A DNA stretch of 64,000 nucleotides from Mobula hypostoma (lineage: Eukaryota). The translations under genes were made by a program, and so were the position numbers. This document shows positions 11,536 through 24,528 of the stretch, one piece after another (the first letter of the stretch is position 1; every line of letters begins with the position of its first letter). The notes under the pieces are model-generated. The model did not search any database. It worked only from the letters and a program-made list of their open reading frames with translations, and was not told the DNA's origin. The DNA is taken from contig NC_086108.1 of NCBI RefSeq assembly GCF_963921235.1, positions 117,802,001 through 117,866,000 on the forward strand, read 5' to 3'.

Positions 11536-12211
11536 GTGAGTATTATTACAGCACACACTTGCTCTCACTGGGAGAGGGTCCTAAATCACCAACTGACATT
11601 GGGATATGAAAATGCACTTCAGTGTACTTTCACACATAAACTCATTGAGTCGTAGAGTAATTCATCATAGAAACAGGGCCTTTGGCCCAACTGGTCCATG
11701 CTGACCACAGCATCCTCCCTGTTGGTCACATTTAGTGTTTAGCCCATAACCCTCCAACCTGTCCCTTCCAAGTAACCATCTAAATGTTGCATTTGTACCC
11801 ACCGTAACCACTTCCTCTGGCCACTCATTCCAGTACTCACCACCCTCTCTGTAAAGTTACCTCTCTGATCTCCTTTAAATCTCCCTCCTCTTGTATCTGT
11901 GCTCTCTAATTTTGGACTCCCCAACCCTGGGGAAAAGACTATGACCATCTACATGGTTGGTCACTGACATCCCTGTATCTGTACCACACATCCCTGTGGG
12001 TGTAACAAGCAGGACAACTGTGGCAGATCACAGAATATTTGTTCCTGCTCCAGGAATGAACTGGTGTCACTCATTCATTATTTTCCATGCTTTCCGACAC
12101 TCAGAAGACTGTATGTCCTTTCTCGAGCTGTGACTGTGTCTGTGCTGCTTGTGGGGGCTCAGGATTTATCGGTTCACCTGACAGCTGCACATGTTCTCTG
12201 TCCTGCTGTAG

Positions 12212-12313
12212 GTCGAACATTCGCCCAGAGCATGGCAGCAGTAATGAGCACAGTTTCACCATGTACACTTTCGCCCAGGCCACTGTCTGCTCTGCCTGCC
12301 GCATGTTGCTCCG
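12212..12313 (+). CDS. vav3: Vav-family exon: PH-C1 linker and first half of the C1 zinc finger
   Basis: Acceptor tgttctctgtcctgctgtag|, donor |gtgagt. The 102 bp translate to (L)SNIRPEHGSSNEHSFTMYTFAQATVCSACRMLL(R). CT from the previous exon plus G gives Leu, so the phase is consistent. Confidence 0.92.
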
Positions 12314-12344
12314 GTGAGTCTTTCTGGTTCACGATGTTCTTCTG

Positions 12345-12490
12345 ACTACAACTCCCAGCTCCAGTTTTTACTTCTGACCTTCAGCTCCAGCTTGTGCTCC
12401 CACCTCCAGCTTTTGCTCCTGACCTACAGCTCCAGCTCCAGCCCCCATTTCTGGCGTTTGCTTCTAAACTTCAGCTTTAACTCCAGGTCC
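12345..12490. repeat. Degenerate ~30-bp tandem repeat (ctgacctncagctccagc core) just downstream of the second exon
   Basis: Recurring ctccagc and cttctgacct units seen directly. Confidence 0.55.
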
Positions 12491-12974
12491 CCACATCCAA
12501 CTCTGTAAATACAAAAAAACGACCATCCATCAACTTCCTCAGAGTGGAGGTGGCTCCAGTCACATAGGAGGTCCCAGGCTGGTCTGGGCTTTGGATAGAC
12601 AAGATCTGGAAAAATAGAGTTGGGGCAGTGCAGCTGAGGTCAGGGGTTGCTCCCAGCTGTTGGGGGCGGGGGGTGGGGTGGGTGTTGCTGGATCAGGCAG
12701 AGAAAGAGCAGTAGAAAATGCTGGTAACAACAGGTAATTTATCATCTATGGAGGGGAAAGCAATGAAGGTTTCACAACTAAAACCCTTCACTGGGATGAG
12801 GAAGTAAGAAACCAAGTTAGTTTAAAGTTGGGGGTGGATGGTCTAAGAGAATGTCAAAGGGTAAGGCCAGCATTGGCTAGTGTTGGCCTGACTGATAGGT
12901 CAATGAAGTCAATTGCCAAAGGGGTCACGAAGAACAGAAAGCAAAAGCTGTCAGATGTAGAACGGGAGAAAGTC

Positions 12975-15900
12975 AAGCAGTTCAGATAGAAGATTGGCTG
13001 ACTGGGAGGAAGCAAAGAGTGGGAATAAAGGGAGCCTTTTCTGGTTAGTTCCCCATGCCTAGCGGTGTTCTGCAGTGGTCTGTGTTGGAGATGTGATGGC
13101 ATTGGAGGGGGTTCAGAGGAGGTTCACAAGGATGATTCCAGGAATGAAAGGGTTATCAGAAAAGGAACACTTGATAGCTTTGGGTCTGTACTTGCTGGAA
13201 CTCAGAAGGATGAGGGGTGATCTCATTAAACCTTTTGAATGTCAAAAGGCCTCAACAGAGTAGATGTGGAAAGGATATTTCCCATGGTGGTGGAGTTTAT
13301 GACAAGAAGGCATAGCCTCAGGATAGAGGGACATCCATTTAAAAGAGATGCAGAGAAATTTCTTTAGCCAGAGCATGGTGAATTTGTGAAATTTTTTACC
13401 ACAGGCAGCTGTGGAGGCCAAGTCGTTGGGTATATTTAAGGCAGAGTTTGATAGATTCTTGATTAGACATGGCATCAAAGGTTACAGGGAGAAGGCTGGG
13501 GAGTAGGGCTGAGGAGGGAAAAAAAAGATCAGCCATAATTTAATGGCGGAGCAGACTCGATGGACTAAATGGCCTAATTCTATTCCTATGTCTTATGGTC
13601 TTATGGTCTTATGGTACGAATGACTGTGGACTGTGTTGTGTTCTTTGTGTGAGATGAGGGAATTCTGGGAGACTCCAACTTCTGGATAACCACATCTGCA
13701 CCAGGTGCACTGAGCTGCAGCTCCTCAGAGAACTAACAAGTCATTGGGAGTCAGCAGTTTAAATGTTTTAGCGTGAGCTTGATGGGCCAAAGGGCCTGTT
13801 TCTGTGCTGTACTTTTCTGTAACTGGAGCTGCAGCTCATAGCGGAAAATGAGGAAGTGTTAGGTAGGAGCTACAGGGTGATATTCACCCCTAAGCTGCAG
13901 GACACAGGTACCTGGGTGACTGTCAGGAGAAGAAAAAGAAATGCAGAGCCAATGCAGAGTAACCCCGTGACCACTGCCCTCAATAACAAGTGTACCATTG
14001 TGGATACTGTTGAGGGGTATACCCTACCAGGGAGCACAATAGTAATGGGTCTCTGGCACTGAATTTGTCTCTGGTGCTCAGAGCGAAGGGGTGAGAAGAG
14101 GACTGCAGTAGTGATTAGGGATTCCATAATTAGAGCAGCAGTTAATTCAGAGATTCAGCCTGAGAAAACGTAGCTCACTCAGGTTTGCCGATTGAGTGGA
14201 AATGACTAATGTCCTGAGCTGGGCAGTAATCTCTGGATTGCTGCCTTTGCCACGTGCCAGTGACGGCAAGAATTGTGTGATTTAGCAGATGGATGCATGT
14301 CTGAGGAACTGGTGCAGGAGGCAGGTTTCAGGTTTCTGGATTATTGGAATCTCTTCTGGGGAAGATATGGCCTGTACAAAGGGATGTATCACAATTGAAC
14401 CCAAGGAGGACCAAGATCCTTCCGGGCAGGTTTGCTAGAACTTTCAAATATCTGGGGTACAGAGGGACTTAGGAGTCCTCGTGTAAGACCATCCAGAAGG
14501 TTGAGTCTGTGAAGAAGAAGGCAAATGCAATGTTGGCATTTATTTCAAGCCGAATAGAATATAAAAGCAAGGAGATAATGCTGAGCCTTTATAAGACATT
14601 AGTCTTATAGTAAACATGTGGTTGACAAATTACAATGGGAGATAGGAATTGTATGTCAAAAGGGCAATGTTACGATAGTCATGGGGGATTTAAATATACA
14701 GGTAGATTGAAAAATCAGATTGGTGATGATTTTGGATCCCAAGACAAAGAATTTGTAGAATGCCTAGATGGCAGCTTTTTAAGTGCTAGAGCCCACTAGG
14801 GGATCAGTTATTCTGGATTGTGTGTGGATGTAATGAACCAGATTTGAATAGAGAGCTGAAGGTAAGAAACCCTTCGGAGACAGACGGAAGGGCAGCAATG
14901 GCTGGAGTTTCTGGGAGCAATTCAGAATTCACAGTATATATACATCCCAAAGAAATATTCCAAGGACAGGATAACAAAACCAAGGCTGACAAGGGAAGTC
15001 AAAGACAACATAAAAGCAAAAGAGAGGGCATATAATTGAACAAAAATTAGAGCATTTGGCCCACTGAGTCTGCTGCACTATTTCATCATGGCTGATCCAT
15101 TTTTCCTCAGCCCCAACCTCCTACCTTCCCCCATATCCTTTCATGTCCTGACAATCAAGAATTCAATCAAGAACCTCAACCTTAAATATACATAAAGCCT
15201 TTGTCTCCATCGCTGCCCGTGGCAAAGAATTCCACAGATTCAGCACTGTCTGGCTGAAGAAATTGCTTCTCATCACCGTTCTAAAGGACACCTCTCTATT
15301 CTGAGGCTGTGTGCTTTGGTCTTAGATACTCCCACCACAGGAAACATCCTCTCCACATATACCCCATCAAGGCCTTCCACCGTTCGATATGTTTCAATGA
15401 AGTCACCCCTCAGTTTTCTGAATTAGTGGGAGGTTAGAGGATTGGGAAGCTTTTAAAAACTAACACAAGGCAACTGAAAAGCTATTAGGAGAGAAAAGAT
15501 GAAATATTAAGGTAAGTTAGCCAATCATATCAAAGAGGATACCAAAAGTATTTTTCAAATATATAAAGAATAAAAGAAAGACGTGAGTAGATATTAGACC
15601 CCTGGAAAATGATGCTGGAGTGGAAGTAATGGGGGGGGGGGTCCAAAGAAGTGGCAGATGAACTAAATAAGTATTTTACATCATTCTTTACTATGGAGGA
15701 TACTGACAGTATGTCAGAAATTTGAGAGTGTCAGAGGGCAGTAGTGAATGCAGTTGCTATTAGTAGGGAGAAGGTGCTTGGGAAACTGAAGGGCCTGATT
15801 GTGGATAAGTTACCTGGACCAGATGGATTTCACCCGTGGTTCTGAAAGAGGTAGCTGAAGAGATTGCAGAGGCATTAGTATCAATGTTCAAGAATCAATT

Positions 15901-17215
15901 GATTCTGGCATGGTTCTGGAGGAATAGAAAATTGCAAATGTCACTCCACTCTTCAAGAAGTGAGAGGCAAAAGAAAGGAAATAGCCCATACAGTCTGACC
16001 TCAGTGATTGGGAAGATGCTGGAGTCCAGTATTAAGGATGTAGTTTTGGCATAGTTGGAGGCACATGATAAAATAGGTCAGTATGGTTTCATTCAGGACA
16101 AATCTGTTGGAGTCTTTGAGGAAATAATGAACAGGATAAACAAAGGAGAATGGGTTGATTTTGTGTACTTGGATTTTCAAAAGGCCTTTGACAAGGTATC
16201 ACATATGATCCTGCTTAACAAGATAACAGTGCATGCTATTACAGGAAAGACACTAGCGTTGAATATTGCCTGATTGGCAAAAGGCAAAGAGTGGGAATTA
16301 AGGGAGCCTATTTTGATTTTTTGCCGCTGACTAGTGGTGTTCCACAGGGGTCAGTATTGGGACCATTTCTTGTTACATTGTCTGTCAATGATTTGGGTGG
16401 TGGAGTTAATGGCTTTGTGCCAAAGTCTGCAGAGAATATGTAGAGACGCAGGTAGTCTTGAGGAAGTAGGAAGACTACAGAAGGACATGGACAGATTAGA
16501 AGAATGGGCAAAGAAGTGGCAAATGGAATACAGCGTCATAAAGTGTATGGTTATCCACTTTGGTAGAAAAAATGAAAGTACAGACCATTTTCTAAGTGGA
16601 GAAAAGATAGAAAAAAACTGAGGCGCAAAGGGACTTGGGTGTCCTCGTGCCTGATTTCCTGAAGATTCATTTGTAGGTGGAGTCTGTGGTGAGGAAGCCA
16701 AATGCGATGTTAGCATTCATTTCAAGAGGACTAGAATATAAAAGCAAGGATGTAATTCAGTGACTAAGCACTGATGAGGCCTCACTTGGAGTATTGTGAG
16801 CAGGTTTGGACCCCTTATCTAGAAAGGATATGTGAAGCTGGAGAGGGTTCAAAGGAGTTTCATGAAAATAATTCCAAGATTGAACTGTTTGTCATATGAA
16901 GAGCTTTTGATGGCTCTAGGCCTGTATTCACTAGAATTCAGAAGAACCTAGGTGACCTAACTGAAGTCTATCAGATGGTGAAAGGCCTTGATAGTGGATG
17001 TGGAGAGGATCTTTCCTGTGGTGGGAGAGTGGGAGAGTCTAAGACCAGAATAGAGGGGTGATGATTTAAAACACAGCTGAGGGAAATTTCTTCAACCAGA
17101 GAGTGGTGAATCTGTGGAATTCATTGCCACAGACCGCTGCAGAGGCCAAGTAACTGGGTATATTTAAAGCAGAAGTTGATAGATTCTTGATTAGCAAGGG
17201 CATCAAATATTACAG
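12975..17215 (+). mobile_element. Mosaic of decayed CR1 copies (a 3' end at 13615, ORF1 remnant, ORF2 remnants, an inverted 3' fragment at ~15050-15425)
   Basis: (CTTATGGT)3 tail at about 13592-13615, with ALNNKCT, LDFQKAFDKV and EWAKKWQME motifs. Confidence 0.8.
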
Positions 17216-17216
17216 A

Positions 17217-18570
17217 TAGAAACATAGAAAACCTACAGCACAATACAGGCCCTTCAGCCCACAAAGCTGTGCCGAACGTGTCCTTACCTTAGAAATTGCC
17301 TAGGTTTACCCATAGGCCTCTATTTGTCTAAGCTCCATGTACCTGCCCAGGAGTCTCTTAAAAGACCCGATCTAATCCGCTTCCAACACCGACGCCAGCA
17401 GCCCATACCACGCACTCACCACTCTCTGCGTAAAAAAGCTTACTCCTGACATCTCCTCTGTACCTACTTCCAAGCACCTCTTGTACCAGCCATCTCAGCC
17501 CTGGGAAAAAGCCTCTGACGAACCACACGATCAATGCCTGTCATCATCTTGTACACGTTTATCAGGTCACCTCTCATCCTCCGTAACTCCAAGGAGAAAA
17601 GGCCGAGTTCACAGAACCTATTCTCATAAGACATGCTGCCCAATCCAGGCAACATCCTTGTAAATCTCCTTTGCACCCTTTCTATGGTTTCCACATTCTT
17701 CCTGTAGTGAGGCGACCAGATTGAGCACAGTACTCCAAGTGGGGTCTGACCAGGGTCCTATTATAGCTGCAATATTACCTTTCAGCTACTAAACTCAATC
17801 CCATGATTGATGAAGGCCAGTGCACCATATGCCTTCCAAACCACAGTCAACCTGCACAGCAGCTTTGGGTGTCCTATGGACTTTGACCCCAAGATCCTTC
17901 TGATCCTCCACACTGCCAAGAGTCTTACCATTAATATCTATATTATGCCATCATATTTGACCTACCAAAATGAACCACTTCACACTTATCTGGGTTGAAC
18001 TCCATCTGCCGCTTCTCAGCCCAGTTTTGCATCCTATCAGTGTCTCGCTGTAACCCCTGACAGCCCTCCACACTATCCACAACACCCTCAACCTTTGTGT
18101 CATCAGCAAATTTACTAACCCATCCCTCCACTTCCTCATACTGGTCATTTATAAAAATTACAAAGAGTAGGGGTCCCAGAACAGGCCCCTGAGGCACACC
18201 ACTGGTCACCGAATATGACCCGTCTGCAACCACTCTTTGCCTTCTGTGGGTAAGTCAGCTCTGGATCCACAAAGCAATTTCCCCTTGGATCCCATGGCTC
18301 CTTACTTTCTCAATAAGCCTTGCATGGGGTACCTTGTCAAATGCCTTGCTGAAATCCATCTACACTACATCCACTGCTCTTCCTTCATCAATGTGTTTAG
18401 TCACATCCTCAAAAAATTCAGTCAGGCTCTTAAGGCATGACCTGCCTTTGACAAAGCCAGGCTGAGTATTCCCAATCATACTTTGCCTCTCCAAATGTTC
18501 ATAAATCCTACCTCTCAGGATCTCCTCCATCAACTTACCAACCATTGAAGTAAGACTCACTGGTCTATAA
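17217..18570 (-). mobile_element. 5'-truncated CR1, inserted antisense in the 3' end of an older CR1
   Basis: Tail agaaacatagaaaa at the left end. Minus-strand SGVPQG, KFADDTK and QRRFTRMLPG. The host 3'UTR resumes near 18570. Confidence 0.88.
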
Positions 18571-18749
18571 GAAGGCAGGAAAATGGGATTTATGGGGATA
18601 ATAAATCAACCATGATAAAATGATGGATAGACTCGAGAGGCTGAATGGATTCATTCTGCTCCGATGTCTTATGGCCTAATGGTAAAGCTGTTTCGAGAGA
18701 GAGAGGGAGAGAGATTTTGACAACTTTCATGAAAATAGTCTCTTTCTGA

Positions 18750-21081
18750 TGTAAATGAACTGGAGGAGATTAGAGAGATTGAGGTGAAGGAACCTTTAGG
18801 AGGCAGTGATCATAACATGATTGAGTTCAGTGTGAAATTTGAGAAAGAGAAGCCGAAATCCAATATGTCGGTGTTTCAGTGGAGTAAAGGAAATTACAGC
18901 GGCATGAGAGAGGAACTGGCCAAAGTTGACTGGAAAGGGACACTGGCAGGAAGGACGGCAGAGCAGCAGTGGCTGGAGTTTATGCGAGAAGTGAGGAAGG
19001 TGCAAGACAGATATATTCCAAAAATTAAGAAATTTTCGAATGGAAAAAGGATGCAACCGTGGCCGACAAGAGAAGTCAAAGCCAAAGTTAAAGCAAAGGA
19101 GAGGGCATACAAGGAAGCAAAAATTAGTGGGAAGACAGAGGATTGGGAAGTTTTTAAAAGCTTACAAAAGGAAACTAAGAAGGTCATTAAGAGGGAAAAG
19201 ATGAACTATGAAAGGAAGCTAGCAAATAATATCAAAGAGGATACTAAAAGCTTTTTCAAGTATATAAAGAGTAAATGACAGGTGAGAGTAGATATAGGAC
19301 CGATAGAAAATGATGCTGGAGAAATTGTAATGGGAGATAAGGAGATGGCAGAGGAACTGAATGAGTATTTTGCATCAGTCTTCACTGAGGAAGACATCAG
19401 CGGTATACCGAACACTCAAGGGTGGCAGGGAAGAGAAGTGTGCGCAGTCACAATTACGACAGAGAAAGTACTCAGGAAGCTGAATAGTCTAAAGGTAGGT
19501 AAATTTCCCGACCAGATGGAATGCACCCTCGTGTTCTGAAGGAAGTAGCTGTGGAGATTGCGGAGGCATTAGCAATGATCTTTCAAAAGTCGATAGATTC
19601 TGGCATGGTTCCGGAGGACTGGAAGATTGCAGTTGTCACTCCGCTATTTAAGAAGGGTGCAAGGAAGCAAAAAGGAAATTATAGACCTGTTAGCTTGACA
19701 TTGGTGGTTGGGAAGTTGTTGGAGTCGATTGTCAAGGATGAGGTTACGGAGTACTGGAGGCATATGACAAGATAGGCAGAACTCAGCATGGTTTCCTTAA
19801 AGGAAAATCCTGCCTGACAAACCTATTATGATTTTTTTGAGGAAATTACAAGTAAGCTAGCCAAGGGAGATGCAGTGGTTGTTGTATATTTGGATTTTCA
19901 GAAGGCCTTTGACAAGGTGCCACACATGAGGCTGCTTAACAAGATAAGAGCCCATGGAATTACGGGAAAGTTACATACGTGGATAGAGCGTTGACTGATT
20001 GACAGGAAACAGAGAGTAGGAATAAAGGAATGCCAATCTGGTTGGCTGCCGGTTACCAGTGGTGTTCCACAGGGATCAATGTTGGGGCCGCTTCTTTTTA
20101 CCTTGTAAATCAACGATTTGGATTATGGAATAGATGGCTTTGTAGCTAAGTTTGCTGATGATACAAAGATAGGTGGAGGAGCCGGTAGTGCTAAGGAAAC
20201 AGAGAGTCTGCAGAGAGACTCGGATAGATTGGAAGAATGGGCAAAGAAGTGGTAAATGAAATACAATGTTGGAAAGTGTATGGTTATGCACTTTGGTGGA
20301 AGAAATAAACGGGCAGACTATTATTTAAATGGGGAGAGAATTCAAAGTTCTGAGATGCAACGGGACTTGGGAGTCCTCGTGCAGGATACCCTTAAGGTTA
20401 ACCTCCAGGTTGAGTCGGTGGTGAAGAAGGCGAATGCAATGTTGGTATTCATTTTTAGAAGAATAGAGTATAGGAGCAGGGATGTGATGTTGAGGCTTTA
20501 TAAGGCATTGGTAAGATCTCACTTAGAGTACTGTGGGCAGCTTCGGGCTCCTTATTTAAGAAAGGATGTGCTGACGTTGGAGAGGGTTCAGAGAAGATTT
20601 ACTGGAATGATTCCGGGAATGAGAGGGTTAACATATGAGGAACGTTTGTCCATTCTTGGACTGTATTCCTTGGAGTTTAGAAGAATGAGGGGGGACATCA
20701 TAGAAACATTTCGAATGTTGCAAGGCATGGACAGAGTGGATGTGGCAAAGTTGATTCGCATGATGGGGGAGTCTAGTACGAGAGGGCATGACTTAAGGAT
20801 TGAAGACGCCCTTTCAGAACAGAGAAGCAAAGAAATTTTTTTAGCCAGAGGGTGGTGAATCTATGGAATTTGTTGCCACGGGCGGCAGTGGAGGCCAAGT
20901 CATTGGGTGTATTCAAGGCAGAGATTGATAGGTATCTGAGTAGCCAGGGCATCAAAGGTTATGGTGAGAAGGCGGGGGAGTGGGATTAAATGGTAGAATG
21001 GATCAGCTCATGATAAAATTGCGGAGCAGACTCAATGGGCCAAATGGCCCACTTCTGCTCCTTTGTCTTACGGTCTTATGG
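18750..21081 (+). mobile_element. 5'-truncated CR1 (end of EN, RT, 3'UTR)
   Basis: LGGSDHN, EYFASVFT, GNYRPVSL and RVQRRFT motifs. Tail tcttacggtcttatgg. Confidence 0.9.
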
Positions 21082-21179
21082 TAAATAGAGAAATTGTTGC
21101 AAACACAATGCTGGAGGAACTTAGTGGGGAAATGGTAGGAAATGATAGATTTCATCACAGAAAGGCTCAGTGTGTTTGT

Positions 21180-21360
21180 TCTCTCTCTCTCCCACACCCT
21201 CACCTCACCCTCTCCCTTTCCCTCACCTTCAGCCTCACCTTCTCCCTCTCTCAAGTCTACCTCCTACTCTCCTCCATCCCTCTCTCTCCTCCCCCTCCCT
21301 TTCCCCTCTCTGCCTCTCTTTACCCCCTCTTGCCCTCTCACCCTCATCCCCACCCCCCAA
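21180..21360. repeat. Polypyrimidine low-complexity tract
   Basis: About 180 nt of almost pure C/T on the + strand. Confidence 0.8.
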
Positions 21361-21707
21361 GTGTGTGTATTCAGTCAATGGGTTTATGGCTGTTCATCAT
21401 CTGTATATTGTTGGAATTAATGAATGAGGCGATGTTTCAAGGTGGGAAGAGACTAAGGTACAGGATCAGTCATGATGAAACCTTGTAATATTCTCCTGCA
21501 GTCACTTGATGCTCTCGAAGCACCAGATTTCCATCCTAACCTTTCCATCTTTTATCCTCTTGCATGCCCCTCCCTGTGTGTCCAGGCTGTGCTTCTCTCT
21601 CTGGCCACTCCTGAGTGTCTCAGGTTCTGGTTCACTCTTCCATTCTACTTTTTCAAGTCAATGTGCACAGTGAGTTGTTTTAATGTTGACTTCTGCTTTT
21701 TCCTCAG

Positions 21708-21805
21708 AGGGATATTTTACCAGGGATATTTGTGCACAAGGTGTGGAACAGGAGCACACAAAGAGTGTTTAGGCAGAATTGGAGTTTGCAGCAAAGCGGA
21801 AGCAG
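21708..21805 (+). CDS. vav3: Vav-family exon: second half of the C1 zinc finger
   Basis: Acceptor ttctgctttttcctcag|, donor |gtaatg. The 98 bp translate to (R)[32 protein letters not shown]. With the previous exon this gives H-x12-C-x2-C-x13-C-x2-C-x4-H-x2-C-x6-C, the C1 pattern. Confidence 0.92.
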
Positions 21806-21934
21806 GTAATGAACCAACAGAACGAGCCGTTGCTGATGCATCCCGACAGGTGCGCCATCACTAACACACACTGGGGAAGAAATGTTTGCACCACGGCGCT
21901 AATGGATGTGACCGGCTCAACATTTTAGAATGAA

Positions 21935-22340
21935 ATCAATCCCCAAACTAATCCCATTCCCCATATTCACCACAAAGCCCTGTGTCAGACCCGAAACTGA
22001 TCATGTTCTGCATTGTTCCCACAGCCCTGCAGCAATCCTAAACCAATTCCAGGGCCTCACACTCTTCTCACAGCAGTGTCAGACTCCAAATTAATCCCAC
22101 AGCTCTGCACTCTCCCCCAGCCCTATGACAGATGCCAAACTTATCCTATTGCCCCACACTCTCCCCACAGCCTTGTCAGTCCCCAAATCAATCATCAAGT
22201 CTCATGCTCTCAGCACAGACCTGTATCAATCCCCACGCAAACTGATCCCACGGACCTGCACTCCCCACAGCCCTGTGTCAGTCGCAAACTGATCCCACGG
22301 ACCTGCACGCCCACAGCCCTGTGTCAGATCCAAACTAATT
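21935..22340. repeat. Degenerate ~40-bp minisatellite
   Basis: Repeating unit approximately ccccacagccctgtgtcag...caaactgatcccacggacctgcact, about 10 diverged copies. Confidence 0.75.
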
Positions 22341-23339
22341 ACATAATTTTTTACTACAAGTTCATAAGAATAGAATTAGGCCATTTGGCTCATCAAGTCT
22401 GCTCCACCATTTCATCATGCCTGACCATACAACAGTCTATCAACCTCTGCCTTAAATATACACTACATAAAGGCTTGGCCTCAAAGCTGCCTGTGGCAAG
22501 GAATTTCGCAGATTCACCACTCTCTGGATAAAGAAATTCCCCCTGATCAAATAAAAGAACGCACCTCTATTCTGAGGCTGTGTCTTCTGGTCCTAGACTC
22601 CCCCATCATAGGAAACATCCTTTCCACAATGACCCTATCAAGGCCTTTCACCATTTGATAGATTTCAATGAGGTCACCACTCATTCTTCTGAATTCCAAT
22701 GAATAGGCCCAGAGCCATCAAACACTGTTTATAAGACAAGCCATTTATTTCTGGAAACATTTGCGTGAACCTCCTTTGAATCCTCTCCAGTTTCAGGACC
22801 TCCTTTCTAAGATGAGAGGTCCAAACCTGTTCACAGTACTCCAAGTGAGGCCTCACCAGTGATTTATAAACTCGCAACGTTTCATTCTTGCTTTTAGAAT
22901 CAGAATCAGGTTTATTATCACCAGGGTGTGTCGTGAGATAGTGCAAAAACAGAAATAATATTTTTAAAAAGTGAGATAGTGTTCATGGGTTCAATGTCAG
23001 TTCAGGAATCATATGGCAGAGGCGAAGAATCTGTTCCTGAAGCACTAAGTGTGTGTCTTCAGGCTTCTGTACAGTAACAATGAGAAGAGGGCATGCTGAG
23101 GCTTTATAAGGCACTGGAGAGGCCTCACCTTAAGTATTGTGAACATCATCTATACACTCTGATCCTCCACACTGCCAATAGTCTTACCATTAATACTATA
23201 TTCTGCCATCATATTTGACCTACCAAAATGAACCACCTCACACTTATCTGGGTTGAAATCCATCTGCCACTTCTTAGCAACATACATCAAAGTTGCTGGT
23301 GAACGCAGCAGGCCAAGCAGCATCTATAGGAAGAGGCGC

Positions 23340-23375
23340 AGTCGACGTTTCAGGCCGAGACCCTTCGTCAGGACT
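23340..23375 (-). ncRNA. Minimal type I hammerhead ribozyme motif
   Basis: Minus-strand RNA AGUC-CUGACGA-A-GGGU(CUCG)GCCU-GAAAC-GUC-GACU: stem I AGUC/GACU, core CUGANGA and GAAA, stem II hairpin, palindromic ACGU stem III and a GUC cleavage triplet. Confidence 0.82.
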
Positions 23376-23554
23376 AACTTCCCGTCGAAGAGAGGATCTA
23401 AACTTCTTCGGTGTAGGCATCACTGGAAGAGGCTTCGCAGTAGTGAATTTAAACGCAAACAACAGAAATTCTGCAGATGCTGGATATTCAAGCAACATAC
23501 ATCAAAGTTGCTGGTGAACGCAGCAGGCCAAGCAGCATCTATAGGAAGAGGCGC

Positions 23555-23590
23555 AGTCGACGTTTCAGGCCGAGACCCTTCGTCAGGACT
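23555..23590 (-). ncRNA. Minimal type I hammerhead ribozyme motif (second copy)
   Basis: Sequence identical to 23340-23375. Confidence 0.82.
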
Positions 23591-23939
23591 AACTTCTTAG
23601 CCCAGTTTTGCATCCTGTCAATGTCCTGCTGTAACATCTGACAGCCTCCCACACTATCCACAACACCTTCAACCTTTGTGTCATCAGCAAATTTACTAAC
23701 CCATCCCTCCTCTTCGTGATTTTTATAAGTGACCTGGATGAGGAAGTGAATGGTGCCCTGAGGCACACCACTGGTCTCCGACCTCCATGCAGAATATGAC
23801 CCGTCTACAACCATTCTTTGCCTTCTGTGGGCAAGCCAATTCTGGATTCACAAAGCAATGTCCCCCTGGATCCCATGCCTCATTACTTCCTCAATGCCTT
23901 GCATGGAGTACCCTATCAAATACCTTTCTGAAATCCATA

Positions 23940-24528
23940 TGTATCCCTCGGGCTCGCCCAGCTCATGTTTGTCCAGGGGAAACAGCCTTCGGATCCGCCA
24001 AACTGGGTAATCACGTTTGTGTGGATGCTGTGTAATGTACCCCTAGTTACAAACCCACAATGCAAAATATCAGACAGTACAACATATGAAATTAAATGAT
24101 TGAACTTTATGAATTTTAATCTGAATATAGGGTTAGTAATGAAAATAAAAAAAGGGCCCTATTCAAGTCAAAAGTTCACGTTGGAGCTCACTCAGTAGTC
24201 ATTCTTCCTCCATCGGTCTCCTCCGAGCGTTGACGAACTTCGTACCCTCAGATCCCAGTCAACTCCATCCGGCAGTCTACCAGCTCTCTCCACACGCGTC
24301 CTCCCTCTTCATCTCTCCTCGACAAAAGACCGCGATAAAACACCCTTCCAGGTACACAAGACAAAGCGACAATCTCCGATTGGCTAACATGCATACTACA
24401 GTCCTGTTATCTCCAGCCATAACCCAAACATTGCTGCTACAGAGAAACCGTTACCTCAGCAGTGAACATTACAGAGAAGCCATTACATTAGCCTTAGCAG
24501 TGAAACATTACAAAGAAACCATTATACA
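23940..24528. mobile_element. Solo-LTR-like repeat inserted in a CR1
   Basis: Termini TGTAT...ATACA. The host CR1 (aaatccata|tacactac) is continuous across it. Shares ordered motifs with 59593-60220. Confidence 0.6.

Larger units (their letters stand above)
23276..23595 (-). mobile_element. Tandem PLE terminal repeats (period 215 nt) separated by a putative PLE ORF start (MPTPKKFRSSLRREV)
   Basis: A ~105-nt direct repeat starts at 23276 and 23491. The flanking duplication acttcttagc (23269-23278 and 23592-23601) restores the host CR1 sequence. Confidence 0.82.

Noticed and set aside
12743..12800. Additional hammerhead on the minus strand
   Set aside because: Resembles a very decayed PLE repeat (ccagtgaaggg...tgaaacc), but the core and stems are broken.
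21003..21488. ORFs of 83-141 aa rich in Pro/Ser/Leu or Glu/Gly
   Set aside because: Artefacts of the C/T low-complexity tract.
21472..21864. 130-aa single-exon gene
   Set aside because: Only 21708-21805 is Vav-like and is bounded by splice sites; the rest is intronic read-through.
21935..22531. Repeat array as a CRISPR-like locus, and the 172-aa ORF over it
   Set aside because: Units are contiguous degenerate minisatellite copies without unique spacers; eukaryotic context; no cas genes.
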